A stretch of DNA of 64,000 nucleotides. It comes from Alphaproteobacteria bacterium (GTDB lineage: Bacteria; Pseudomonadota; Alphaproteobacteria; Bin95). The stretch covers positions 28,262 through 92,261 of the forward strand of contig CBDBCB010000016.1 of NCBI GenBank assembly GCA_965202745.1. Reading direction: 5' to 3'. Below the pieces are notes generated by a model, which saw only the letters and a list, made by a program, of their open reading frames with translations, did no database searches and was not told the origin of the DNA. The translations under genes were made by a program, and so were the position numbers. Shown piece after piece: positions 31,552 through 41,142 of the stretch. The stretch's first letter is position 1, and every line of letters starts with the position of its first letter.

Positions 31552-32850
31552 ATGATCCCACGTTATAGCCGCCCCGAAATGGTCGGCATCTGGGAGCCCC
31601 AGACCAAGTTCGAAATTTGGTTCGAGATCGAGGCGCACGCCTGCGATGCGCAGGCCGAACTCGGCGTCATCCCGAAGGAAGCGGCCAAGGCCGTTTGGGA
31701 ACGCGGTCAGTTCGAGATCGAGCGCATCGATGAGATCGAGCGCGTGACCAAGCATGACGTGCTGGCATTCCTGACCAACCTCGCCGAATACGTGGGTCCG
31801 GAAGCGCGCTTCGTGCATCAGGGCATGACGTCCTCCGACGCGCTGGACACCTGCCTCGCGGTGCAGTTGGCCCGCGCCTCTGACCTGCTGCTGGCGGGCG
31901 TGGACCGAGTACTGGCCGCGCTGAAAACCCGCGCCTACGAGCATGCGGAAACGCTGACCGTTGGCCGCAGCCACGGCATCCATGCGGAGCCGACCACGTT
32001 CGGCATGAAGCTCGCCGGGCACTATGCGGAGTTCGTGCGCAACCGGGAGCGCATGGTCGCCGCGCGCAAGGAAATCGCCACCTGCGCCATCTCCGGCCCG
32101 GTCGGCACCTTCGCCGCTATCGACCCGCGGGTTGAGGAGTATGTGGCGGAGAAACTGGGCCTGACGCCGGAGCCCATCTCCACCCAGGTCATCCCCCGCG
32201 ACCGCCACGCCATGTTCTTCTCCGTCCTGGCCGTGATCGCCAGCGGCATCGAGCGCCTGTCGACCGAAATTCGCCACCTGCAACGCTCCGAAGTGCTGGA
32301 GGCAGAGGAGTTCTTCTCCCCCGGCCAAAAGGGCTCGTCGGCCATGCCGCACAAGCGGAACCCAGTGCTGACTGAGAACCTGACCGGTCTCGCCCGCATC
32401 GTTCGCTCTGCCGCGGTTCCTGCCATGGAGAACGTCACCCTCTGGCACGAGCGCGACATCAGCCACTCCAGCGTTGAGCGCATGATCGGCCCGGACGCGA
32501 CCGTGACCTTGGACTTCGCACTCAACCGCATGGCCGGCGTGATCGAGAACCTGGTCGTCTACGAAGACAACATGCTGGCGAACCTGAACAAGCTTGGCGG
32601 GCTGGTCTATTCCCAGTACGTACTTCTGTCCCTGACCCAGGGCGGCATGAGCCGCGAGGACGCCTATGCCAAGGTCCAGGTGCATGCCATGGCGACCTGG
32701 CGCGAAGGCGGCTCGTTCCTGGAGCGGTTGCAGGGCGACCCGGAAGTCACCAACCTCGTCAGCGCAGACACCCTGGCAGAGATGTTCGAGCCTTGGCGCT
32801 ATCTAGGCCATGCCCGCAAGCGCATGGAACAGGTGCTGGGCCCGCAATAG
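31552..32850 (+). CDS. purB: Adenylosuccinate lyase
   Basis: 432 aa, the fumarate-lyase family signature (GSSAMPHKRNP), and a PurB-like N-terminus. Confidence 0.9.
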   Translation: MIPRYSRPEMVGIWEPQTKFEIWFEIEAHACDAQAELGVIPKEAAKAVWERGQFEIERIDEIERVTKHDVLAFLTNLAEYVGPEARFVHQGMTSSDALDTCLAVQLARASDLLLAGVDRVLAALKTRAYEHAETLTVGRSHGIHAEPTTFGMKLAGHYAEFVRNRERMVAARKEIATCAISGPVGTFAAIDPRVEEYVAEKLGLTPEPISTQVIPRDRHAMFFSVLAVIASGIERLSTEIRHLQRSEVLEAEEFFSPGQKGSSAMPHKRNPVLTENLTGLARIVRSAAVPAMENVTLWHERDISHSSVERMIGPDATVTLDFALNRMAGVIENLVVYEDNMLANLNKLGGLVYSQYVLLSLTQGGMSREDAYAKVQVHAMATWREGGSFLERLQGDPEVTNLVSADTLAEMFEPWRYLGHARKRMEQVLGPQ

Positions 32851-32960
32851 GCCCCTCCCCTGGTCCAGCCTGCCGGGCGACAAAGGGTTTGCATGTCTCT
32901 GCTGACGCCCCCACCTCTGCCCGAGGCCGGGGGCCTATTTATCGTGCGGGATTATTCTCT

Positions 32961-34022
32961 ATGCAGCTTCTTTCGCGAATAGCGGTTCTACTGACCGGAT
33001 TGGCGCTACTGCCGCTGTCCGCTCCTGCAGACGGCGCCAGCGTCCATGGCACGGCCTTTTACCGCGAGCGGATCGCTCTGCCGCCAAGCGCGGTATTGAC
33101 CGCAGTGCTGCTCGACACCTCCCTGCAAGACGTGCCGGCGGCAGAGATCGGGCGGACAGTCATCGACCCGGCGGGCCATCCGCCCTACCGCTTCGCGATT
33201 GCCTATGATCCCGCGGCCATCAAAGACCAGCACACCTATACGGTCCGGGCATCGATCACCGATGGCGATCGGCTGTTGTTTACCACTGATACGGCGCACC
33301 CGGTCTTGACCAGGGGCGCGGGCGACTCGGTTAAAATCGTGCTGAAAATGGTAAGCCGCGGCCGTCAGCAGGCGGAGCCCAAACCGGCCCGCTACAATGG
33401 CCTGTTCCGCTACATGGCAGATGCTGCCCTGTTCCAGGAATGCCGCACCGGTCAGACCTACCCGGTTGCGATGGAGAAGGACTTCCCGCGGCTGGAGCGC
33501 ACCTACCGCAACGCTGCCACCGAACCCGGCAGACCGGCCCTCGCTTCCGTTTCCGCCACAATTGAGCAACGCCCGAAGGTGGATGGCGCAGGCACCGAGC
33601 CCACGATGATCGTCCATCGGTTGGACAACATCACCGGCGAACAGGAATGTCAGCCACCAATCCCAGATGCTTCGCTGACCAATACCTATTGGCGGGTGAG
33701 TGAACTGGCGGGAGAGCGCATCGGTGACGTTCCAGGCAGCCGCGAGCCGCATATCCTGCTCGAATCGAGCCGCACCTGGTATCGCGGCACCGCTGGCTGC
33801 AATGGTATCGGCGGCGAATATGTGCTTGAGGGGGGCAAGCTGACTTTCAGACCCGGCATGTCAACGCTGATGGCCTGCGGGTCCCCTACTGACGAATATG
33901 AACGGGGCATGCGGCAAGCCCTAGGCCAAACCGTCCGTTGGGAAATCCATGGCGTTATCCTCTCGCTAATCGCCGCCGATGGGAAAGTGGCGGCGCGCTT
34001 CCGCGCGGTCTACCTTCAGTAA
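32961..34022 (+). CDS. Secreted protein with a YbaY-like N-terminal domain and a META/HslJ-like C-terminal domain
   Basis: Signal peptide MQLLSRIAVLLTGLALLPLSAPA. The C-terminus reads NTYWRVSELAGE...CNGIGGEYVLEGGKLTFRPGMSTLMACG, which is META-like. Confidence 0.55.
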   Translation: MQLLSRIAVLLTGLALLPLSAPADGASVHGTAFYRERIALPPSAVLTAVLLDTSLQDVPAAEIGRTVIDPAGHPPYRFAIAYDPAAIKDQHTYTVRASITDGDRLLFTTDTAHPVLTRGAGDSVKIVLKMVSRGRQQAEPKPARYNGLFRYMADAALFQECRTGQTYPVAMEKDFPRLERTYRNAATEPGRPALASVSATIEQRPKVDGAGTEPTMIVHRLDNITGEQECQPPIPDASLTNTYWRVSELAGERIGDVPGSREPHILLESSRTWYRGTAGCNGIGGEYVLEGGKLTFRPGMSTLMACGSPTDEYERGMRQALGQTVRWEIHGVILSLIAADGKVAARFRAVYLQ

Positions 34023-34109
34023 CTGCCCCCGACCACTAAACTGCCGGAGAACCACACAAACGTCATTCTCGTTTACTGGCACCCGGAGCCGCAAAGCTTC
34101 AACCACGCC

Positions 34110-34724
34110 ATGCTTGAGACCGCGGAAAGGACACTGCGGGAGGCTGGCCATACGGTGCAGGTTTCTGACCTGTTCGCCATGAACTTCGACGCGGCATCGA
34201 CCCGCGCGAATTTCACAACAGCAAGCGAACCGGCCTATTTCCGACCGCAGATCAAGGAAGAGCACGCAACGGCAACGGGCGGTTTTACCCCGGAGCTGGA
34301 AGCGGAGATTGCCAAGCTCCAATGGTGCGATCTGATGATCTGGCAGTTTCCGCTCTGGTGGTTCGGCCTGCCTGGCGTGTTCAAAGGCTGGGTGGACCGG
34401 GTATTCGTCCGCGGCCGCATCTACGGCCCCGGCATGACCTATGAGAATGGCAGCCAAAGCGGCAAACGGGCCATGATTGCCATGACCACAGGCGGCCCGG
34501 ATACCGCCTACACGGCCGACGGCATCAATGGCGAGATGATGGGCGTGCTGCGCCCCATTCAGCGGGGCATGTTCGGCTATCTGGGTTTTGACGTGTTGCA
34601 GCCGCATATCGTCTTTGGTCGAGCCCGGATGGATGATGCCGAGCGCCAGGCGGTGCTTGCCGCCTACGCCGAACGCCTGAAAGGCATCGCCGCCGAGCAA
34701 CCGATCGACGCCGGCCGGTACTAG
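34110..34724 (+). CDS. NAD(P)H:quinone oxidoreductase-like flavodoxin-fold protein; the conserved N-terminus lies upstream of the first ATG
   Basis: The same frame is open from 34023 and encodes ...NVILVYWHPEPQSFNHA before ATG 34110. No ATG/GTG/TTG codon is available there (see findings). Confidence 0.6.
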   Translation: MLETAERTLREAGHTVQVSDLFAMNFDAASTRANFTTASEPAYFRPQIKEEHATATGGFTPELEAEIAKLQWCDLMIWQFPLWWFGLPGVFKGWVDRVFVRGRIYGPGMTYENGSQSGKRAMIAMTTGGPDTAYTADGINGEMMGVLRPIQRGMFGYLGFDVLQPHIVFGRARMDDAERQAVLAAYAERLKGIAAEQPIDAGRY

Positions 34725-34821
34725 GCAAAGCGCTTGCGGCCAGGCAGCACCCTTGACCCGGTGCGGGCGCGCGGATTGGATGGCGGCAACCAATGAACGC
34801 CCTTCAGGAAGCCTGCCCGCC

Positions 34822-36348
34822 ATGTCTCACGACGAAAAACTCGCCGAACTCGCCCGCCGCCGCGAAGCCAATATGGCCATGGGCGGCGCACGCAAGATCG
34901 AGGCGCGGCGCAATAGCGGCGTTCTGAACGCGCGCGAGCGGCTGGACTATTTCCTGGATGAAGGCTCGTTCCTGGAGGCAGGGCTGCATGCCTACTCCAT
35001 TCGTCCCGAAACACGCGACAAGTCCCCCGCCGACGGCAAGATCGCAGGCTATGGCAAAGTCGATGGTCGGCCTGTTGCCCTGGTCGCCAATGACTTCACC
35101 GTGCTCGGCGCCTCTTCAAGCCAGGTAAACATGCGCAAGATGGGGCACATGAAGAAAACCGCGCGGGAACGCGGCATGCCCCTCATCCTGCTGGGCGAAA
35201 GCAGCGGCGGGCGTATGCCGGACCGGATGGGAGCGTCCGGCCGCGCAACCATCGGCCAGGACCGGGAAGAATACCGGCGGACCCGCGAAACGCCGTGGGT
35301 CTCCACCCTGATGGGTCAGAGCTATGGCTCCTCAACCTGGTACAGCGTGATCTCCGACGTGGTGTTCGCCCGTAAGGGCGCGGTGATGGCCGTGACCAGC
35401 CCGCGCGTCACCTCGCTCGCCATCGGTCAGGAAATCAGCCCGGAAGAACTGGGCGGCTGGAAGCTGCACACCGAAGTCACCGGCCTGGTCGATCAGGCCT
35501 TCGATACCGACGAGGAAGTGCTCGACGCGGTCAAACAGTCCCTCTCCTACCTGCCCTCCAACAACGGGCAGGAACCGCCGGTCGCGGACGTGCCGGCGGG
35601 CTCGGACGACGACCAGGACAAGATCCTCGACATCGTGCCGACCGAGCGCCAGCGGGTCTATGACGTCCGCCGCGTGCTGCGCGTGATCGCCGACAATGGC
35701 TCCGTATTCGAACTGAAGAGCCGCTTCGGCCGGGCAATTGTGACCGCGCTCGCCAGGATCGGCGGACGGACGGTCGGGTTCCTCGCCAATAATCCGCTGG
35801 TCAAAGGCGGCGCGATCGATCCGGATGCCTGCGACAAGGCCGTGTCGTTCATGATTCTCTGCGACAGCTTCAACATCCCGATTGTCAGCATTGTGGACCA
35901 GCCGGGCTTCTTCATCGGCGTAGAGGGCGAACGCAAGCGCGCGCCGGGCAAGATCATGAACTGGATGAACGCCCACGCGCTGGTAACAGTGCCCCGCTTC
36001 GCCGTGATCATGCGGAAGTCCTACGGCCAAGCCTACCTGAACATGGGCGGCGGCCGGAATGCTGATGAGACGCTGATCTGGCCAACCGCCGACCTGGGCT
36101 TTATGGAGCCGCGGCTGGCGGTCAACGTGCTGCATGGCGTGAAGGCCGACGAAGAGCCCGAACGCTTCACCGAACTGGCGGCAGAGCTAGACCGGGATAC
36201 AGAAGCCTGGGACCTCGCAGGGCTCTACGAGGCGCAATACGTGGTCGATCCCAAGGAAACCCGCGCCCATCTGATCCGCCTGCTGGAGGTGTATGAGGGT
36301 AAGCAGATCGGCCAGCATCTGCTGAGCAATTGGCCGACGACTTTTTAG
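34822..36348 (+). CDS. Acyl-CoA carboxylase carboxyltransferase subunit (propionyl-CoA carboxylase beta-like)
   Basis: Two carboxyltransferase domains (GGARKIEARRNSGVLNARERLDYFLDEGSFLE...; ...GRTVGFLANNPLVKGGAIDPDACDKAVSFMILCDSFNIPIV). Confidence 0.8.
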   Translation: MSHDEKLAELARRREANMAMGGARKIEARRNSGVLNARERLDYFLDEGSFLEAGLHAYSIRPETRDKSPADGKIAGYGKVDGRPVALVANDFTVLGASSSQVNMRKMGHMKKTARERGMPLILLGESSGGRMPDRMGASGRATIGQDREEYRRTRETPWVSTLMGQSYGSSTWYSVISDVVFARKGAVMAVTSPRVTSLAIGQEISPEELGGWKLHTEVTGLVDQAFDTDEEVLDAVKQSLSYLPSNNGQEPPVADVPAGSDDDQDKILDIVPTERQRVYDVRRVLRVIADNGSVFELKSRFGRAIVTALARIGGRTVGFLANNPLVKGGAIDPDACDKAVSFMILCDSFNIPIVSIVDQPGFFIGVEGERKRAPGKIMNWMNAHALVTVPRFAVIMRKSYGQAYLNMGGGRNADETLIWPTADLGFMEPRLAVNVLHGVKADEEPERFTELAAELDRDTEAWDLAGLYEAQYVVDPKETRAHLIRLLEVYEGKQIGQHLLSNWPTTF

Positions 36349-36420
36349 GCTACCCTCCCCAAAAGAGCGCCTTTCCCGGCGCTCGCCTGCGGCTCAGCCG
36401 GGAAAGGCGCTCTTATCTGG

Positions 36421-37560
36421 CTACGTCGAAGATACCGGGGCGCTCCAGGCCTGGTGGCCGTCTTCGAAGGTGACGCAGGCTTGAAGGGTGGCATCCTCCT
36501 CCCTGGCCCCGCGCACCGGCAGCGAGCGGCTCCACTTAAGTGTCTTCGCTGTCAATCGCTCCGGCAGGCGGTAAACGCGAAGCGCCTTATCCAGGCCTCC
36601 GCATTCGAAGCGCATATCCTCCATGCCGATATCTTCGATCAGGATTTCAAACCGCCCTTCCGGCGTTTCGATCTCCATGCGCCCGGCTTGCGCCTCCGCC
36701 AGCCAAAGATCGAGGCCACCGAAGCCGCCGTCAGTCTCCGCTTTCCAGGCCAGCCCCAGGTCGCCGCGCGTCTCCAGGGGCGGGCCGGCAGGCGGGAAGT
36801 TGATCGGCTTCGCCTGCCGGATGCGGTTGCCATGCAGGTAGAGATTGCCGTCCCAGCGCGCCGGGTTGCCCGGCTCAGCACTCTCTGCGCCCTGCCAGAT
36901 CACCCGCACACGGGCACCGAGATCGCGCTTCCCGTAGGGTCGCATTACGTCGAGCGCCTCCCGCCCGTCGCAGAGTTCGATCCGTTCCACGGGCGAGACA
37001 CCGGCAAGATCGAGGCTGAAGACTGCATCCTTGACCGCCGCTTCCAGAAATATCCGGGCGCCGGTGGTGGCGAAGTGATTGCTGCGGCTGGCCTCCCCGG
37101 TTCCGTCTGCGGCCTCCACAGCCGCCAGGTCGGTTGCCGTCCGGGGATAACCCTGCCCAGCCGCTTCCGCCACGGCGTCGCTCCAGCGGATGGAATAAGG
37201 ATAGGCGTCCGATACACGGCAGGGGTTGCTCTCCACCAAAACAGAGCCACTTGGTCCGCGTACCCGGATGCTCAGATCGCATTCCTGCTCCACCGAGAGA
37301 CCCTCGATGCACTTCTTTGCCTCACCAGGCGCAAAGGTCACCGTCTCCGGCAAGCCATGAACCGGCCTCTCTGTCTCCAGGCGCCCGGTCCCGCCGGTCT
37401 GATCCGGCGTATTGCCGTTAATATCCTCTACCTTCAAGCAGAGTTGGAAGGGTTGGCCGACAGGCGTCAGCACCGGCAGAACAGCTTTCCAACGCTCCGG
37501 TTTTCCTGGTGCGGCAGAGGCGGAACCGGCCCCGCCGGGTGTGTTGGTGGAAAGCGGCAT
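36421..37560 (-). CDS. Hypothetical protein (379 aa)
   Basis: Long ORF, product unknown. It lies adjacent to the peroxidase gene on the same strand. Confidence 0.4.
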   Translation of the reverse strand: MPLSTNTPGGAGSASAAPGKPERWKAVLPVLTPVGQPFQLCLKVEDINGNTPDQTGGTGRLETERPVHGLPETVTFAPGEAKKCIEGLSVEQECDLSIRVRGPSGSVLVESNPCRVSDAYPYSIRWSDAVAEAAGQGYPRTATDLAAVEAADGTGEASRSNHFATTGARIFLEAAVKDAVFSLDLAGVSPVERIELCDGREALDVMRPYGKRDLGARVRVIWQGAESAEPGNPARWDGNLYLHGNRIRQAKPINFPPAGPPLETRGDLGLAWKAETDGGFGGLDLWLAEAQAGRMEIETPEGRFEILIEDIGMEDMRFECGGLDKALRVYRLPERLTAKTLKWSRSLPVRGAREEDATLQACVTFEDGHQAWSAPVSST

Positions 37561-37794
37561 GGAAGCGTCCTTGAGTGTCGGCCCTTGAGTGTCCCAACAT
37601 GGATGCCGAGCCGTTCTGGTTGAGAATACAGCGCGCGCGCGCCGAAGGCAGCCCTATCCCGTCAACAGCGCAGTGCCTGGTGGTTCGGTGGGAACGGGTG
37701 GTACCCATCCATTTGCTGAATCGAACCGCCAACATAGTGAAAGAGTTAGCTGAGTCACGAAATGCATGCGGACGCAAACGTTGCGATCAGATCA

Positions 37795-39901
37795 TTAGCC
37801 ACCAGAGAATAGCACACCTAGTCCAGCCGGTCCGATGCCCTCGAATGTAATGGACTGGGTCTCGGAAAAGGCGAAGGTCACATCCATGTCGAAAAGCGAG
37901 CGCGCCTCTGCTAGCGAGACGAATGCATCTTCGAGATCGAGTTGGTGAAGTCTCAATGAGTCCCCGACACTGAAATCGGCGACAATCTCATGGTTTGTAG
38001 TCACAGCAGAGAAAACGAAGCGGTCTGAGCCGGAACCGCCGGTCAGGATATCGCTCCCAGCCCCACCAACCAGAATGTCATTTCCATCGCCGCCGAACAG
38101 TTCGTCATCGCCGGCGCGGCCCGCCAACCGGTCATTACCACCAAAGCCGATCAGCAGGTCACCGTCACCTGTGCCCGCAATCCGGTCTCTGCCCTCGCTG
38201 CCGCCGATGCGATGGTAGGCGGTGAAAACATCCCGTTGCAGATACTCGATTTCAGTATTGCGCAAGACAATGTCAGAGAGCGTCGTTGACCAAAGCGCGG
38301 CTTCCTCCTGGGGCGCAAAGCGGTCGGCCTGGCGCCAAAATCGGTCACCGTCTCGGATGCGGGAAAACTGGTCGACCACAATGGCGGAAAACGTCTCGCC
38401 CAGCAGTCCGCCATTTATACGGTCTTCCGCCAAGCCACCGACCCAAAGGTCGACGAGATTGACGTCACCATAGGCGGCTTCCAGCCTGACAGCGGTATCC
38501 TGATCGCTGGTAATCCCGGCGAAGTCTTCTGCTGGGCTTAGCCCGATGGCTTCACGCATGTCATTATAGGTTGGGATGCCTATGTCACGCCCGTGCTGGA
38601 TGTTCAAAGACGCCAGATCAAAGCCGCCTGCCCCTGGGGGGCCAAACAGAAATGACCGCACGTCTTCGACCAGCATTGTGTCGTATGCTTGGGCAGCTCC
38701 TTCGGAAACTCCCCGCAGGATTGGGGCAATTCCGCCATTTTCTTGGATTTCGGCATTGTTGAAAAAGGCGTAGCGTAAAGCTAAGTCGCCGCCGTCTATT
38801 TCCGTACCATCCTCGTTGTGGCGTTCGATTTCTGGGGAAAGCAGCGTATGCCCCAGCCGGTATGCCGCCACGGAAAATTCCGCGGAAATTCCTGGATCTA
38901 CATTCTGATCGTAGCCCGTATAACTCGGTACAGCGCGCTCACCAACCAAAGCAGGCAGGAATTCATTAAAGGTGACGGCTTGCATTTCGGCCTCGACCCG
39001 GGCTCTTGCCCCGTCGAACAGCGCGTCGCTGGATAGCCAGGGCCCCTGAACTGCCAGCTTGTCTACCCACCAATTGTGTTCGCGAACGAACAGCGTGTGC
39101 ATTGAGGTCAGGGCGATGTTTTCCGCTGCACGGACATCTCCGGTCAGCACACCGCCCTCGCCATCTGGGAGCAGCAGACCGTCCTGGATTTTGAACTTCC
39201 CGCCAGCATCGCGCAGTTGCTCAAGCGTTTCCTCATCCGACCCATAAATGTTGGAGGCATCGATGAATGCCGTGATCTCGTTTTTATACATTCGGGGGGA
39301 GATTTACCCGGTCCCCCCACCGGATCGACACGGAAAAACGGTATGGCGGCAGTGCCCGTTCCAAATGGATCTAAATAGGGGTCATAGGCTGGAACAGCGA
39401 TGGCCGCTCCTTCGCTCGACCCTGCTTCCGAAAGGGTGATGTCGTGGTCGAGAAACTGGCCCCAAAGCCAAAAGAAGTCACTGATGCCACTTTCGTCAGG
39501 CAGAGATTCTGTCTGCTGCATGACGATGTTTGAAATTTCCCTTGGGTTTGGCCGGTCTTGCCCTGCCAGAGTTTCGCCGAAGTCTGTGTAGCTGTCTGGC
39601 TCAAGCCGCAGTAGCTCCTGACCGGCAACGCCGTATTCCGGGTTATTCAGATTGTTCTCAGACCCATCTACCGAGCGGGATTCGATCTTTGATAGCCAGG
39701 GCTGGCGGTGCCCCCTCGTCCACCGCCGAATACAGCCAATATTTCTGCATGCAAATCGTCGTTGAGAGCGTCAGATGGCCGGTGCTCGGGTGTCGCCGGC
39801 CAGCGCCAAGACGTCTCCGGCAAGAAATCTGGCACGGCACCTGGCATCCGGTCGGTTTCCGCCGACAGCAGCCGTACGGTTGCACGTCCGAGAAAGTTCA
39901 T
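37795..39901 (-). pseudogene. Animal-type haem peroxidase with C-terminal RTX calcium-binding repeats; at least 2 frameshifts
   Basis: Peroxidase motifs VDGSENNLNNPEYGVAGQELLRL and FFWLWGQFLDHDITL are in different frames (shift near 39660). A further shift falls at a 6-nt homopolymer at 39294-39299, before ...YKNEITAFIDASNIYGS. The C-terminus has GGxGxD repeats. Confidence 0.65.
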
Positions 39902-40164
39902 GGACTTCACGCGTATATCTCCGCGAATTTTTTGTTAGGCATTCTACGATCTAAGGGCTTTTTCAGATGAAATATAACCCCTTAGGAATGGATGAAAAAC
40001 CACCGCATCATCTCCGGGCCATCAATCTTCAGCGTGAATGGCGAGTTTCAGTATGCTCATTGCCGCGCGTTCCCTCGGCCTAGGCGATTTCCCGCTATAG
40101 TAATATCAACGGCAGGGAATAATGGCCTATCAAAGCGAAAAGCGACCGGGATAAAGAGAGCCGC

Positions 40165-40506
40165 ATGACCGAGCATTCCACCACAAAAGCTTCACCAGCT
40201 GACCGTATCCTGGTGGTGGTTTCAGTCGTGAGCTTCTGGGCAACCATCGTGCTGGTGCCGCTATTGCTGGCCTGGGGCTGGCAGTTGCTGGGCGAGGGCC
40301 ACTATGGCAGCAGCCAAGACCCGCGCCTGCTGCTGGCGGCAGCACTGGTGCGACTCAGCCCTTGCTTTGCCACCATCGTTCTTGGCGGTTGGCACATCCG
40401 GCGCTATCTGCGTTTCCGGCGACCGCTGCGCGAGTTGGACCTGCTACCGATCGTGTCGGTCTTCTGCATCGCGACATTGGCGACGGCAGTGCTGTTGGAG
40501 TTCTAA
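40165..40506 (+). CDS. Small hypothetical membrane protein
   Basis: 113 aa with three hydrophobic helices. Confidence 0.35.
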   Translation: MTEHSTTKASPADRILVVVSVVSFWATIVLVPLLLAWGWQLLGEGHYGSSQDPRLLLAAALVRLSPCFATIVLGGWHIRRYLRFRRPLRELDLLPIVSVFCIATLATAVLLEF

Positions 40507-40533
40507 TCTCCCCGGCACCAGCAATTTTGGCCT

Positions 40534-41016
40534 CTACAATTCCGGCACACAACGGAAGCGCACCAGTACCGCAGCGCTGTCTCCGGTTGGTGCAAACCTC
40601 GTGCATTTGAACCCGAACCACACCAACTCGCCCACTTCCTGCAGGCAATTGGGATTGGTGCAGTTGTAGTCATCGCGGATGTACTCGGCGACCTTTCCCG
40701 TCGCCTGCGCCAGTGCAGCCATCTGGCCTGCAAACGTGCATTGCGCGGCCCGGTTAAAGACGTAGCAATAGACGTAAATATGTTTGCTACAGCTGTTATT
40801 GTTCAGCGGCCGCGGCGGCACATTGCCGGTAAAGTCCGTGATATTGACGTCCGGCAAGCGCCAGGAACCGATTTCCGCATCGAAATTGCCAGGATGCTTC
40901 TTCCCAAAAAACCGGTTCAGGAAAGCCAGGACAAGCTCGAAAAGCCGGCCGATGGCACTGGGCGGCGCTGCGATGGCGGGGTTTTGCAGGACGGGCGCGA
41001 AGAGTTCTTCAGGCAT
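40534..41016 (-). CDS. Hypothetical Cys-rich protein
   Basis: About 160 aa (HIYVYCYVFNRAAQCTF...YNCTNPNCL...FKCTRF). Function unknown. Confidence 0.35.
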   Translation of the reverse strand: MPEELFAPVLQNPAIAAPPSAIGRLFELVLAFLNRFFGKKHPGNFDAEIGSWRLPDVNITDFTGNVPPRPLNNNSCSKHIYVYCYVFNRAAQCTFAGQMAALAQATGKVAEYIRDDYNCTNPNCLQEVGELVWFGFKCTRFAPTGDSAAVLVRFRCVPEL

Positions 41017-41142
41017 GGCTATGCTCCTTGAATGCAAGTTAGGCGCACAGCCACACGGGCGACGGCGCGCCTATCAAGCTATTCGAAGCATAAGCCCGGA
41101 TTGGATGCGCCTGCAAACAAGCAGAGCGCACCTTTCGTTTCT

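Noticed and set aside
39951-39984. 7-bp inverted repeat (ctaaggg ... cccttag) with an AT-rich loop in the divergent promoter region between the peroxidase gene and the 40165 gene
   Set aside because: The stem is short and no supporting context was found. It could be an operator, but the evidence is too weak to report as a feature.
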